DNA of 64,000 nt from Deltaproteobacteria bacterium HGW-Deltaproteobacteria-4 (GCA_002841765.1 PHAV01000002.1:201604-265603), one strand, 5' to 3'. Numbered from the stretch's first letter, positions 1-9,722 are shown. Notes: generated by a model from the letters alone, not told the origin. Program-made: numbers and translations.

Positions 1-1
1 G

Positions 2-1021
2 CGCGGTCTGCGTCCCACCCTGTATGTTAAAGATGAAGATTATCGCTTCTCCTACCTGTACGGCGCTTATGTCACCCTGTCGACGATTCGTGAAGAAGAG
101 GTGCAACGCATCCTCACCGATCAGCTCTCACCGTTATACGTTTCCGTCCATGCCAGCGATGAAGGGCTGCGCGCCCGCCTCCTCGGCCGCAAGATTCTAC
201 CGCCCCTTTTCCCGTTGCTTGAGCGGCTGATCGCCGGCGGCATTGAGATCCACACGCAGATCGTCCTTTGTCCCGGTCTCAATGATGGCGTTGCTCTCGA
301 AAAGACCGTCGCCGCTCTCGGCGCCCTCCGCCCCGGCATCCGCTCCCTCGCCCTCGTCCCCGTCGGGCTGACCGGCCACCGCGCCCACCTGCCGACGCTG
401 CGCACCCATAACCGCGACGAAGCGCGTATCTTGCTGGCGCAGCTGGCGGGCTGGCAGGGTGATTTCCTTGCCAGCGGTGCCAGCCGGTTTGTCTTTGCCG
501 CCGATGAACTTTACCTCAAAGCCGGCGTCGATTTTCCGCCGTTGACGGAATACGAGACTTTGCCGCAATATGAAAATGGCGTCGGCATGATCCCTCTTTT
601 CCGGGCTGATGCTGCCGAAGTCCTGGCGGCGGCGCTACCGCTCCCGCTCCCCCCCTTGACCGTCGATTGCCTCACCGGCGCTTCTTTCTATCCGGAGATG
701 GAAAAATTCGCCGCCGCCCTCAGCGACAAAACCGGCGTCAACATCGTTGTCCATAGCATCGAAAATCATTTCTTTGGCGGCGAGGTCACGGTCACCGGTC
801 TTTTGACCGGCGCTGATATCGTCGCCGGACTGCAGGGGAAGTTGCAGAGTCCGATTCTCCTGATTCCCGATGTCGTGCTGCGGGACGGTGAAGACGTCTT
901 CCTCGACAATATGTCGCCGGAGGAACTGGGATCCACGCTGCAGGTTGAGATCTTTCCGATCGCCGCCAACCCCTGGGGCTTGAGCCAGGCCCTGGAGATG
1001 CTCGCGGCGGATCAGGGGTGA
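2..1021 (+). CDS. DUF512-domain protein (radical-SAM-like), 5'-truncated by window edge
   Basis: Frame is open from base 2 (RGLRPTLYVKDEDYRFSYLYGAYVTLS) into the 101..1021 ORF; motifs LYVSVHA, TQIVLCPGLNDG, ENGVGM, GGEVTVTGLLTG and VFLDNMS are typical of DUF512 proteins. Confidence 0.85.
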   Translation, partial: RGLRPTLYVKDEDYRFSYLYGAYVTLSTIREEEVQRILTDQLSPLYVSVHASDEGLRARLLGRKILPPLFPLLERLIAGGIEIHTQIVLCPGLNDGVALEKTVAALGALRPGIRSLALVPVGLTGHRAHLPTLRTHNRDEARILLAQLAGWQGDFLASGASRFVFAADELYLKAGVDFPPLTEYETLPQYENGVGMIPLFRADAAEVLAAALPLPLPPLTVDCLTGASFYPEMEKFAAALSDKTGVNIVVHSIENHFFGGEVTVTGLLTGADIVAGLQGKLQSPILLIPDVVLRDGEDVFLDNMSPEELGSTLQVEIFPIAANPWGLSQALEMLAADQG

Positions 1022-1054
1022 TTTAGCTCCCCTCCTTTCTTAAGGAGGGGGAGC
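1022..1054. repeat. GC-rich palindrome, short copy of the CCCCTCCTT/AAGGAGGGG repeat
   Basis: GCTCCCCTCCTT-TCTT-AAGGAGGGGGAGC hairpin; 1022-1050 matches 8128-8156 at 28/29 nt. Confidence 0.8.
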
Positions 1055-1086
1055 CAACTTTTTAAAATGGATTAAACGGAGGATTT

Positions 1087-1872
1087 ATGTCGGATTTACA
1101 GGAAAGTTTAGGGAAGGCCCGCAAGTTTCTCGCAAGCGGCAATCTGCCGGCAGCGGCCAGTGCCCTGGAGTCAGCGCTGCAGCTCCAGCCGCAGGAAGAC
1201 GATCTCTACCGCGTTCTCGGTGAAGCCCTGGCCGAGTCCGGGCGGGTCGGGGAGGGGATCGAAGTTCTCGAAAAGGGACGGATTGCCCAGCCGCGCAATC
1301 TTGATCTCCTCTTTGCCCTCGGCGATGCCTATTTTGAGAATCATCAAGCGGAGCAGGCTCTGCAGGTTTATGAAGAGATTCTCGCCGTCGATGCCAACGA
1401 AGCCGATGCCTGGGTGAGCATGGGGCTGGTCCATTTCAACCGTGAGCGTTTCGAGGACGCGATCCGCTGTTATCGTGCGGCGCTGGCCATCGATGCGCAA
1501 TCGGTCTTTGCCCTCAACTCCCTGGGCGACGCCCTCTTTACCCAGGGGGACAACGACGCGGCGTTAAAGTGCTACCGGCAGGTTATCGAACTCGATCCTG
1601 AAGATGCCCAGGCGCACTATAATCTTGCCGAACTTTATTACGATCTCGACCGCCTCGCTGAAGCGGAAGAAGCCTGCAAGAAGGCGATTGAATATGATCC
1701 CGCCCTGTCCTTTGCTTATCTGACTCTGGGGAATATCTGCCTTGATGCCGAAAAGACCCGCGAGGCACTGCGTTACTTTGAAGATTTCCTCCGCCTTGAA
1801 CGTTCCCCGGCTGCCGCCGATATCCGCGCCGAAGTGGCAGCGGTGATCGACGGCCTCAAGTTGGAGATGTAG
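1087..1872 (+). CDS. Tetratricopeptide repeat protein
   Basis: Several 34-aa TPR patterns (LGEALAESG, LGDAYFENH, MGLVHFNRE, AHYNLAELYY, AYLTLGNICL); RBS GGAGG upstream. Confidence 0.9.
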   Translation: MSDLQESLGKARKFLASGNLPAAASALESALQLQPQEDDLYRVLGEALAESGRVGEGIEVLEKGRIAQPRNLDLLFALGDAYFENHQAEQALQVYEEILAVDANEADAWVSMGLVHFNRERFEDAIRCYRAALAIDAQSVFALNSLGDALFTQGDNDAALKCYRQVIELDPEDAQAHYNLAELYYDLDRLAEAEEACKKAIEYDPALSFAYLTLGNICLDAEKTREALRYFEDFLRLERSPAAADIRAEVAAVIDGLKLEM

Positions 1873-1875
1873 GCA

Positions 1876-1906
1876 TAAAAAAAGGGCAGACCGAAGTCTG
1901 CCCTTT
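1876..1906 (-). terminator. Rho-independent terminator between convergent TPR and PxxKW genes
   Basis: Perfect 11-bp stem AAAGGGCAGAC/GTCTGCCCTTT with CGAA loop; the A-run at 1876-1883 gives a U-tract on the minus strand. Confidence 0.85.
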
Positions 1907-1930
1907 GCTGAATCATTTGGTGGTGAAGAA

Positions 1931-2233
1931 TTACTTCTTCTTGCCGCCGCCCTTACCGGCCGCTGCTTTTTTCGATGCTTTCAGGGGGTTGGTCTTGGCA
2001 TCGGAGGTCGCGATTTCCGTGCGACGATGGGTGGCAAAGTTGCAGAGCTCGTTGGCCCACTTTTGCTGCGGGGAGGGAGCAACGGTGCAGACCTTGCCGA
2101 TGGTGCTGTCGACGATGCGCTCACAACCTTCACACTGCTCGACGATCGGCTGGCACTGGTTGCCGTCAAAGATGCAGCCCTGCTTGGACCAGAAGGTGCA
2201 CTCGGCACCGGGTTGAATAGTTTGACACTGCAT
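1931..2233 (-). CDS. PxxKW-family cysteine-rich small protein
   Basis: MQCQT..C..W....C......C...VEQCEGC..CTVAPSPQQKW...CNFATH; basic tail NPLKASKK. Confidence 0.8.
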   Translation of the reverse strand: MQCQTIQPGAECTFWSKQGCIFDGNQCQPIVEQCEGCERIVDSTIGKVCTVAPSPQQKWANELCNFATHRRTEIATSDAKTNPLKASKKAAAGKGGGKKK

Positions 2234-2303
2234 GGATCTTCTCCTTCTTTCCGGTTATAATTGGTCGGACGTAACGATTTGAAGTAACATCACTGAACGT
2301 GTA

Positions 2304-2332
2304 AATTTATTCGCTTTCGCTGTTTCTGTCAA
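2304..2332 (-). promoter_or_regulatory. Putative sigma70 promoter for the PxxKW gene
   Basis: Minus strand TTGACA-N17-TAAATT. Confidence 0.6.
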
Positions 2333-2368
2333 CGAAAAATTATCCACTGACATTCAAGGAGGTTTCAA

Positions 2369-3790
2369 ATGCGGATTTCTTTCGGTACATCCGGCTGGCG
2401 CGGCATTCTCTGCGACGATTTTACCTTTGCCAACGTCAAAGTCGTCACGCAGGCGATCGCTGATGAATTACGCGAAGTCGACGGCGCTGCCGGGGGAGTG
2501 GTGATCGGCTATGACGCCCGTTTCATGGGGGATCGTTTTGCCCGTGAAGCCGCCAAAGTTCTGGCCGGTGCTAAAATTCCCGTCTTCCTTTGTGGCCGCG
2601 ACACCCCGACCCCGGTCATTGCCCATGAACTCCTGCTGCGTCAGGCGGCCGGAGGGATCAACTTTACCGCCAGCCATAATCCGGCAGAATATAACGGCCT
2701 CAAATTCAGCCCGGCCTCCGGCGGCCCGGCCCTGCCAACCACGACCAAAGCGATCGAAGAACGCGCTAATGCCATGCTCCTGGAGATCTGTTACCGGGAG
2801 ATGCCCCTGGAGCAGGCACAGTCGGCCGGTCTCTTCAGTGTCATCGATCCGCTCCCCGCTTATTTTACCACGATCCGCCGGATGATCGATTTTGCCGCCA
2901 TTGCCGCTGCGCAGATCACCATCGCCGTCGATCCCCTGTACGGCACCGCCCGCGGTTATCTCGATCGCCTCCTCCAGGAAGCCGGGGTCAAGACCGTCGT
3001 TATCAACGCTCATCCCGATCCTTACTTTGGCGGTCTCCCCCCCGAACCGGCGGAAGAGAATATTGCCGACTTCATCGCCTTGGTCCGCGGCCGGGACGAT
3101 ATCACCCTCGGCCTGGCGACAGATGGCGATGCCGATCGCTACGGCATCATCGATGCTGATGGCACTTTCATCGAGCCGAACTACATCCTCGCCCTCCTGT
3201 ACGACTACCTGCTGCGTGTGAAAGGGAAGAGCGGGAATGCCGCCCGCTCGGTCGCCACTTCCCACTTTATCGATGCGGTCGCCCGTTATCACGGCACCGA
3301 AATCCTCGAAACGCCGGTCGGCTTCAAGTTTATCGGCGAATATATCAGTCAGGACCGTATCCTCCTCGGCGGTGAAGAGAGTGCCGGCTTAACGGTGCGC
3401 GGTCATGTCCCCGACAAAGACGGCATTCTCGCCTGTCTCCTCGTCGCCGAGATGGTGGCGGTCACCGGCAAGAGCCTTCAGGAACTCCTCGCCGACCTTT
3501 ATGCCCGCGTCGGCGAGTTTTATACCTGTCGGGAAAATCTCCGCCTGGCCCCGGAATTCGAAGCTGGATTACCGGCCAAACTCGCCAATCCGCCGGCGCA
3601 CTTTGCCGGTCAGGCTGTCAGCAGTGTCGTGCGGCTCGACGGCTGCAAGCTTATTCTCAGTGACGGCAGCTGGGTCCTTTTTCGTAAATCCGGCACTGAA
3701 CCGGTGGTGCGGGTCTATGCCGAGGCCGGGTCCAAAGCCGCGCTGCACGAGTTGATCCAGGCGGCGGTGGCTTTTGTTACGCAAAGTTGA
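2369..3790 (+). CDS. Phosphoglucomutase/phosphomannomutase family protein
   Basis: FGTSGWRG, catalytic TASHNP, metal loop DGDADR, sugar-binding GEESAG, FRKSGTEP. Confidence 0.95.
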   Translation: MRISFGTSGWRGILCDDFTFANVKVVTQAIADELREVDGAAGGVVIGYDARFMGDRFAREAAKVLAGAKIPVFLCGRDTPTPVIAHELLLRQAAGGINFTASHNPAEYNGLKFSPASGGPALPTTTKAIEERANAMLLEICYREMPLEQAQSAGLFSVIDPLPAYFTTIRRMIDFAAIAAAQITIAVDPLYGTARGYLDRLLQEAGVKTVVINAHPDPYFGGLPPEPAEENIADFIALVRGRDDITLGLATDGDADRYGIIDADGTFIEPNYILALLYDYLLRVKGKSGNAARSVATSHFIDAVARYHGTEILETPVGFKFIGEYISQDRILLGGEESAGLTVRGHVPDKDGILACLLVAEMVAVTGKSLQELLADLYARVGEFYTCRENLRLAPEFEAGLPAKLANPPAHFAGQAVSSVVRLDGCKLILSDGSWVLFRKSGTEPVVRVYAEAGSKAALHELIQAAVAFVTQS

Positions 3791-4035
3791 GGTTGAAAAA
3801 ATCCTCACCACTCCCGGTACGGAGGGGGGCGCGCTCTTTTCCGGGGGTCGAGCAGGAAAAGATCCTTGCTTTTCCTCGCGAGAAAATGCAATAAAACTAG
3901 CTTGGCTTTTTAGCTGAAGATGTCCAGAGGCGGTGATTATCCTCCGGTTTATCGATGCTGTGAAGGGGCCGGCAGGTTCGCTTCTGGAGGAATGGTTAGC
4001 TAAGGACGGCCGGGAATTGCCCGGCGGTTCAGGGA

Positions 4036-4791
4036 ATGACGACAATGATCGACTGGCACTGCCACATCCTCCCCGGACTCGACGACGGAGCGGCGAATAT
4101 TGAACAAGCGCTGAGCATGGCCGCGGCTCTGACGGCGGCCGGCTTCCAGACCGTTTATTGTACGCCGCACCGGATGCCAGGCTGCTACGAAGCCGATAAT
4201 GATCAGGTGCAGCAGGGGGTTGTCGCCTTGCAGGACCAGCTCCGCGAAAGGGAGATCCCGCTCCTTCTGCAGCCGGGATGCGAATACTGTCTGGATGAAT
4301 TTTTCCTTTCCTCTCTCGATTCTCCTCTCCCTTTGGGTGATAGCCGCCTTGTTCTGGTGGAGATCCTTCCCAGGATCAGCGCAGACCTGGTCCGGCAGGT
4401 TCTTTATGGGGTCGTGCAACGCGGTTTCAGGCCGGTGATTGCCCATCCCGAGCGCTGTCAGTTGCTCGAACCACCGATGCAGCACTCTGCCGGCAATCAG
4501 CTCCTTGGTTCTTTTAAAAATTTCTTCAGCGGTGGCCGCCGTGACAACCCCGAAGCTACTCTGCCCGGTGTGTCCGGTAACCCCCTGCTCGATTATCTGC
4601 GGGAACTCGGCTGCTCTTTTCAGGGGAACCTTGGCAGCTTCAAGGGCTGCTATGGCCGACGGGTGCAGGTTGCAGCGCAAACGCTCAAGAATCTCGGGGT
4701 TTATGATCGCTACGGCAGTGACCTGCATGCGCCGGAGCAGGCCGCAGTGATTTTGAATGACTGTCGTCAGCTGTACTCCTCCCTGCATTAA
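4036..4791 (+). CDS. CpsB/CapC-type PHP-family tyrosine-protein phosphatase
   Basis: DWHCHILPGLDDGA, TPH, IAHPER, GSDLH; lies directly upstream of wza/wzc. Confidence 0.9.
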   Translation: MTTMIDWHCHILPGLDDGAANIEQALSMAAALTAAGFQTVYCTPHRMPGCYEADNDQVQQGVVALQDQLREREIPLLLQPGCEYCLDEFFLSSLDSPLPLGDSRLVLVEILPRISADLVRQVLYGVVQRGFRPVIAHPERCQLLEPPMQHSAGNQLLGSFKNFFSGGRRDNPEATLPGVSGNPLLDYLRELGCSFQGNLGSFKGCYGRRVQVAAQTLKNLGVYDRYGSDLHAPEQAAVILNDCRQLYSSLH

Positions 4792-4820
4792 GCTATCTAA
4801 TGATAAATAAAGGTAAATTT

Positions 4821-5882
4821 ATGTCCCGCATGCATCACATCAGCAAAACTACTCTTCTGGTCGGGCTCCTGTTGTGGACGGTTGTCGGCTGTGCCCCCAC
4901 TTACCGCGAGCTGGCGCCCGGCACTGTCAAGACGATCGACCTGCAGCCCCAGTCTTCAGCGGTGGTGGAACGACAGGTCGATACCATTCCCGCTCTTGCG
5001 CCGGAACCGACGCCACCCTCTGCTTATCTGATTGGCCCTGGTGACCTGCTCGCCATTACGGTTTACGGTCGTCCCGAGCTCGGCAGCACTGCCACGGCAA
5101 CAGGTCCGGGCGGCAGCCGGGTCGATGAGACCGGCAGTGTGCGGCTGCCGCTGGTGGGAAGCATCACCGTGACCGGTCTCTCTGTGACCCAGGCTGAGGA
5201 GCAGCTGCGCCGCGCTTATCTGCCCCTTCTCAAAGAGCCCTGGATCAGTGTCAATGTGCTCGAGCACCGTAGTCGCCCCCTTTACCTCTTCGGCAACTTC
5301 AATAAATCGGGGATCGTCTACATGGATCGTCCCCTCACTCTTTTACAGGGGATCGCTCTGGCCGACGGTATCGGCAACGGTGCCGCTTTACGCAGCGCCC
5401 GCTTGAGCCGCAATGGCAAGGTTCAGCCGGTCGATATTTATGAATTGCTGGCCAACGGTGACCAGAGCCAGAATATCTGGCTGCACCCCGGCGATGCCAT
5501 CTATCTGCCGGACAATAGCGTCGAGCAGGTCTTCATTTTCGGGGCGGTCAACAAGGCCGGGCAGGTGAGCATGATCAATGGCCAGCTCTCCCTGGCCCAG
5601 GCGATTGCCGCCAGCACGCCGCTCAGCACCGGCTATGACTTCACCAATGTGCGCATCATCCGTTCCCTGTCACCCACCCGCGGGGAGCTGCTGATCATCG
5701 ATTTTGATCGCATCTTGCGTGGACTGGCTCCACCCTTCATGCTTGCCAATGGCGATATCATTTACCTGCCGCGGACCCGGCTGGGAGACTGGAATGATGC
5801 AATTCGGGAGATCCTGCCGTCGCTGACTGCCGTCAGTGCACTCCTGCAGCCCTTTGTGAGTATTAAGTTCCTGTCGGATTAA
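4821..5882 (+). CDS. wza: Polysaccharide export outer-membrane lipoprotein (Wza family)
   Basis: Lipobox VVGC, YLIGPGDLLAITVYGRPEL, VDETGSVRLPLVG, SLBB repeats, C-terminal WNDAIREILPS helix; ATG 4821 preferred to 4800. Confidence 0.9.
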   Translation: MSRMHHISKTTLLVGLLLWTVVGCAPTYRELAPGTVKTIDLQPQSSAVVERQVDTIPALAPEPTPPSAYLIGPGDLLAITVYGRPELGSTATATGPGGSRVDETGSVRLPLVGSITVTGLSVTQAEEQLRRAYLPLLKEPWISVNVLEHRSRPLYLFGNFNKSGIVYMDRPLTLLQGIALADGIGNGAALRSARLSRNGKVQPVDIYELLANGDQSQNIWLHPGDAIYLPDNSVEQVFIFGAVNKAGQVSMINGQLSLAQAIAASTPLSTGYDFTNVRIIRSLSPTRGELLIIDFDRILRGLAPPFMLANGDIIYLPRTRLGDWNDAIREILPSLTAVSALLQPFVSIKFLSD

Positions 5883-5946
5883 GTCGTGAGATATTGAACA
5901 GCGGTTCAGAGTGAGCACTTCGAACTTTGCTATGTCTGTATAAAGG

Positions 5947-8091
5947 ATGACCATGACCACGTTTTCGCCCCAACCGCAGCAGCCGGACGAAGTCCATCTC
6001 ACTGACTATCTCAACGTCCTCATGTCCCGCCGGAAGATCTTCCTTTTCGCTTTTCTGGCGGTCTTTTTCGGGGTGGCACTCTACACCTTTACCGTCAAGC
6101 CGGTCTTTGAAGCCTTTACTACCCTGCAGGTTCAGACACCGGGAGGGCAGGGAAGCCTGCTCGCAGAATTGGGAGGGAACGCCCAGAATCCCGTCGATAC
6201 CGAGATCGAAATTATCAAATCGCGCACCATGGCTGAGCAGGTCATCCTCCGCTTGCAGCCCCCTGGCGCCGTTGCTCTGTCCCCTGGGGAGCTTCATGAT
6301 GTTGCCAACCGGCTCAAAAGTGGCATCCTGGTCATGGAGGTCGGTAAAAAAACCGGCATCATCCGCCTTTCCTATAAGAGTACCGATCCGCGTCGCGCCC
6401 GCGATGTCGTCAATACCCTGGCTCAGGTCTATCAAGAGTACAACGTCGATTTCAAAAGCCAGGAAGCGAGCAAAACCCTCGAATTTATCGCCAGCCAGCT
6501 CGATTCGACCCAGAATGATCTCGACAGCGCCGAAAAGAATCTGCAGACTTTCAAGAGCAACAGCAGCGCGGTCACACTCGATGCTGCCAATTCCGACCTG
6601 GTCAGGCGATTGGCCGAGCTTGATACTCAATTGAGTGCTCTGGGGCTGCAGAAGAAACAGCTTGAATTTACCACCGCCTTGCTGCGTCAGGCCATGCAAA
6701 AGGGAGAGGTCCATACGCCTTCGGCAACTCTTCAGGATGGCATCGGCACCGACGGGCTCACCGCCCGCCTCGCTGAACTCGATGTGCAGCGGCAATCCCT
6801 CCTCAGTGAACTCTCCGAAGGCCATCCCCAGGTCAAGGCGCTGAAATCGCAGATCGACGAAGTGCAGAACAAGCTGTTGTCTACTTATGAAGCGACCCTC
6901 AAAGGAATCAGCCGGCAGGAAAGTGCCCTGCAGCAGGAGTTGGGGCGCTATGAGGGGGCGTTTCGCAAGCTCCCCGAGGCGGAGCGTGAGCTGGGCAGGT
7001 TGCTGCGCGTCACCAAGGTCAACGCTGATATCTATACTTTTCTGCTCCAGAAGCATGAGGAGGCGCGCATTACCAAGGCCGCCACGATCAGCAACATTTC
7101 AGTGGTCGATCCTGCTATCACCCCGTCCGCACCGATCAAACCCCAGAAGCAAAAGAATCTCCTCCTCGGTCTCCTGGCCGGACTGATGCTCGGAGCCGGA
7201 CTCGCCTTCTTCATCGAATACCTGGATGACACGATCAAGGGGGGAGAAGAGGCGCAGCGGGTGATCGGCGCCCCGATCCTGGCGGTGATCCCCTGCATAA
7301 GCAGCGACGAAGAAGAGAAATCCGATCCGCAAGCCTCAATGATCACCCATTTTCGCCCCAAGTCGGCCATCGCCGAGGCCTTTCGCTCCCTGCGGACCAG
7401 TCTCCACTTTTCGGCCATCAATCGCGAGAAACAGGTACTGATCATCACCAGCACCTTCCCTGGCGAAGGAAAGTCGACCATCGCCGCCAACCTCGCCATC
7501 ACCATGTCCCAGACCGGGGCCCGGGTGCTGGTGATCGACGGTGATCTGCGCCGGCCGTCACTGCACAGCAAGTTCAAGCACAGCAAGATCCCCGGCCTTG
7601 CCGAATTGCTGGCGGGAGACGTCGCGGCCGTCAGTGTCCTCCACAACACCGGCATCCCCAACCTCAGCCTGATTACCGCCGGAACCACTCCCCCCAACCC
7701 GGCCGAGCTTCTCGGCTCAGAGAAGATGGCCGAGCTCCTCACCGCCCTGCGCGCGCAATATGACCATATTATCATCGACGCCCCGCCGGTTCTGGCGGTC
7801 ACCGATGCGCCTCTTCTCACTAATCGCTGCGATCTGGTACTGGTTGTCCTTGAAACCGAGCGGGTGCCGGTCAAAGCTGCTCAGCGCATGGTCGAGATGC
7901 TTGCCAACGTTCAGGCGCCGGTAGGGGGGATCGTGATCAACGACAAATCCAATACCAGCATGGAGCGCTACGGCTACTACGGGCGGAATTATTCCACCTA
8001 CGACTACTACGCCGAGGATGAAGAATCCCAGGCCGAGCTGTCCCGCAAACGTAAGCAGAAGGCCTGGTGGCAGCGCGTCTTCCGCGGTTAG
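5947..8091 (+). CDS. wzc: Polysaccharide co-polymerase/tyrosine autokinase (Wzc family)
   Basis: N-terminal TM, coiled-coil periplasmic region, second TM, EAFRSLRT, Walker A GEGKST, IDGDLRRP, IIIDAPP, Tyr cluster YGYYGRNYSTYDYY. Confidence 0.95.
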   Translation: MTMTTFSPQPQQPDEVHLTDYLNVLMSRRKIFLFAFLAVFFGVALYTFTVKPVFEAFTTLQVQTPGGQGSLLAELGGNAQNPVDTEIEIIKSRTMAEQVILRLQPPGAVALSPGELHDVANRLKSGILVMEVGKKTGIIRLSYKSTDPRRARDVVNTLAQVYQEYNVDFKSQEASKTLEFIASQLDSTQNDLDSAEKNLQTFKSNSSAVTLDAANSDLVRRLAELDTQLSALGLQKKQLEFTTALLRQAMQKGEVHTPSATLQDGIGTDGLTARLAELDVQRQSLLSELSEGHPQVKALKSQIDEVQNKLLSTYEATLKGISRQESALQQELGRYEGAFRKLPEAERELGRLLRVTKVNADIYTFLLQKHEEARITKAATISNISVVDPAITPSAPIKPQKQKNLLLGLLAGLMLGAGLAFFIEYLDDTIKGGEEAQRVIGAPILAVIPCISSDEEEKSDPQASMITHFRPKSAIAEAFRSLRTSLHFSAINREKQVLIITSTFPGEGKSTIAANLAITMSQTGARVLVIDGDLRRPSLHSKFKHSKIPGLAELLAGDVAAVSVLHNTGIPNLSLITAGTTPPNPAELLGSEKMAELLTALRAQYDHIIIDAPPVLAVTDAPLLTNRCDLVLVVLETERVPVKAAQRMVEMLANVQAPVGGIVINDKSNTSMERYGYYGRNYSTYDYYAEDEESQAELSRKRKQKAWWQRVFRG

Positions 8092-8130
8092 AGCAGACAA
8101 CCTTCAAGATCGGGTTTCTCGCAAGGTTTT

Positions 8131-8260
8131 AGCTCCCCTCCTTTTTTAAGGAGGGGCTGGGGGGGGTAAGATTTTTGGTGTTGTCTTCGTTTTATCCTTA
8201 AGATTGATGAATATCAAAGCAACCACCCCTAACCCCTCCTTGGAAGGAAGGGGGGGGACT
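8131..8260. mobile_element. ~130 bp MITE-like element with ~37 bp imperfect terminal inverted repeats, each itself a hairpin
   Basis: Left end AGCTCCCCTCCTTTTTTAAGGAGGGGCTGGGGGGGGT, right end ACCACCCCTAACCCCTCCTTGGAAGGAAGGGGGGGACT, AT-rich non-coding core. Confidence 0.6.
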
Positions 8261-8408
8261 TAAGGCAACCAAAAACAAGATATAGTTTTCGTCCCTACAG
8301 ATTTTCACAGAATCTCACCGCGACAAAATTGATTCAGACCTTGCTTTCAACCGCTAAGATTATATGTAGAGCTCGCAAAGCAGATCATTTACGTGGAGGA
8401 ATGACTCA

Positions 8409-9692
8409 ATGAAAGAACGGATTATTTCAGTCGTCGGTCTTGGTTACGTCGGCCTCCCGGTCGCCGTCGCCTTTGGCAAATGCCGCAAAACCGTCGGTTT
8501 TGATATCAACCCCACCCGCATCGCCGAGCTCAAAGCCGGACACGACCGCACCGATGAAGTCACCGCCGACGACTTGGCGGCCGCCGATATCCTCTTTACC
8601 AATCAAATCAGCGAACTTTCCCTGGCGGATTTTCATATTGTCGCTGTCCCTACACCGGTTGACGATGCCAAACAACCTGATCTGACGCCGATGCTGCGCG
8701 CCTCCGAGACTGTCGGCAAAGCCCTGAAGAAGGGGGATATTGTGGTTTATGAATCGACCGTCTACCCCGGCGTCACTGAAGACGAATGCGTGCCGGTACT
8801 GGAGCGGTTCTCGGGACTGTGTTGCGGCCGCGACTTCACCGTCGGCTATTCACCGGAACGGATCAATCCCGGTGACAAGGAACACACCTTCACCAAAATC
8901 ACCAAGGTCGTGTCCGGTCAGGATGCCGCCACTCTCGATATCGTTGCCGAAGTTTACGGTTCGGTCGTTACCGCCGGCATCCACCGCGCCCCGTCGATCA
9001 AAGCCGCCGAGGCCTCCAAAGTGATCGAAAATACCCAGCGCGATCTCAATATCGCCCTGATGAACGAACTGGCGATCATCTTCGACCGCATGGGGATTGA
9101 TACCCGCGATGTCCTTGAAGCCGCTGGCACCAAGTGGAATTTCCTCAAATTTTCACCGGGGCTGGTCGGTGGCCACTGTATCGGCGTCGACCCTTATTAT
9201 CTCACCCATAAAGCCGAAAAGATCGGCTACATCCCCCAGGTCATCCTTGCCGGCCGTCGCATCAACGACGGCATGGGCAAGTTTATTGCCCAGCGCACCG
9301 TCAAGGAGATGAGTCTGGTCGGACACTGTCCCGGCAAAGCCGTTGTCACCGTCCTCGGCCTGACCTTCAAAGAGGATTGCCCGGATCTGCGTAATTCGCG
9401 GGTCATCGACATTATTCACGAATTGGAGGATTACGGGATTACTGTCCAGGTGCATGACCCCCACGGTGACGTCGCTGAGGCTCTCCACGAATACAATGTC
9501 CTCCTCGTTCCCTTTGCAGAACTGCAACCGGCTGCCGCCGTCGTCGTGGCGGTGGCGCACCAGGAGTATCGCGCTCTTTCGGTCGAACAGCTCAAGAAAC
9601 TGATGAAAGAAAATCCCGTCCTCATCGATGTCAAGTCGATTTGTGATCCGGTCGCAGTGCAAGGGGCGGGGATCCGTTTTTGGCGGCTGTAA
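8409..9692 (+). CDS. Nucleotide-sugar dehydrogenase (UDP-GlcNAc/GalNAc 6-dehydrogenase, WbpO/TviB-like)
   Basis: GLGYVGLP, YESTVYPG, GYSPERINPGD, KVIENTQRDLNIA, PGLVGGHCIGVDPYYL, GLTFKEDCPDLRNS. Confidence 0.92.
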   Translation: MKERIISVVGLGYVGLPVAVAFGKCRKTVGFDINPTRIAELKAGHDRTDEVTADDLAAADILFTNQISELSLADFHIVAVPTPVDDAKQPDLTPMLRASETVGKALKKGDIVVYESTVYPGVTEDECVPVLERFSGLCCGRDFTVGYSPERINPGDKEHTFTKITKVVSGQDAATLDIVAEVYGSVVTAGIHRAPSIKAAEASKVIENTQRDLNIALMNELAIIFDRMGIDTRDVLEAAGTKWNFLKFSPGLVGGHCIGVDPYYLTHKAEKIGYIPQVILAGRRINDGMGKFIAQRTVKEMSLVGHCPGKAVVTVLGLTFKEDCPDLRNSRVIDIIHELEDYGITVQVHDPHGDVAEALHEYNVLLVPFAELQPAAAVVVAVAHQEYRALSVEQLKKLMKENPVLIDVKSICDPVAVQGAGIRFWRL

Positions 9693-9722
9693 ACCAGACA
9701 AGCAGACAAGAGATTAACAGGG

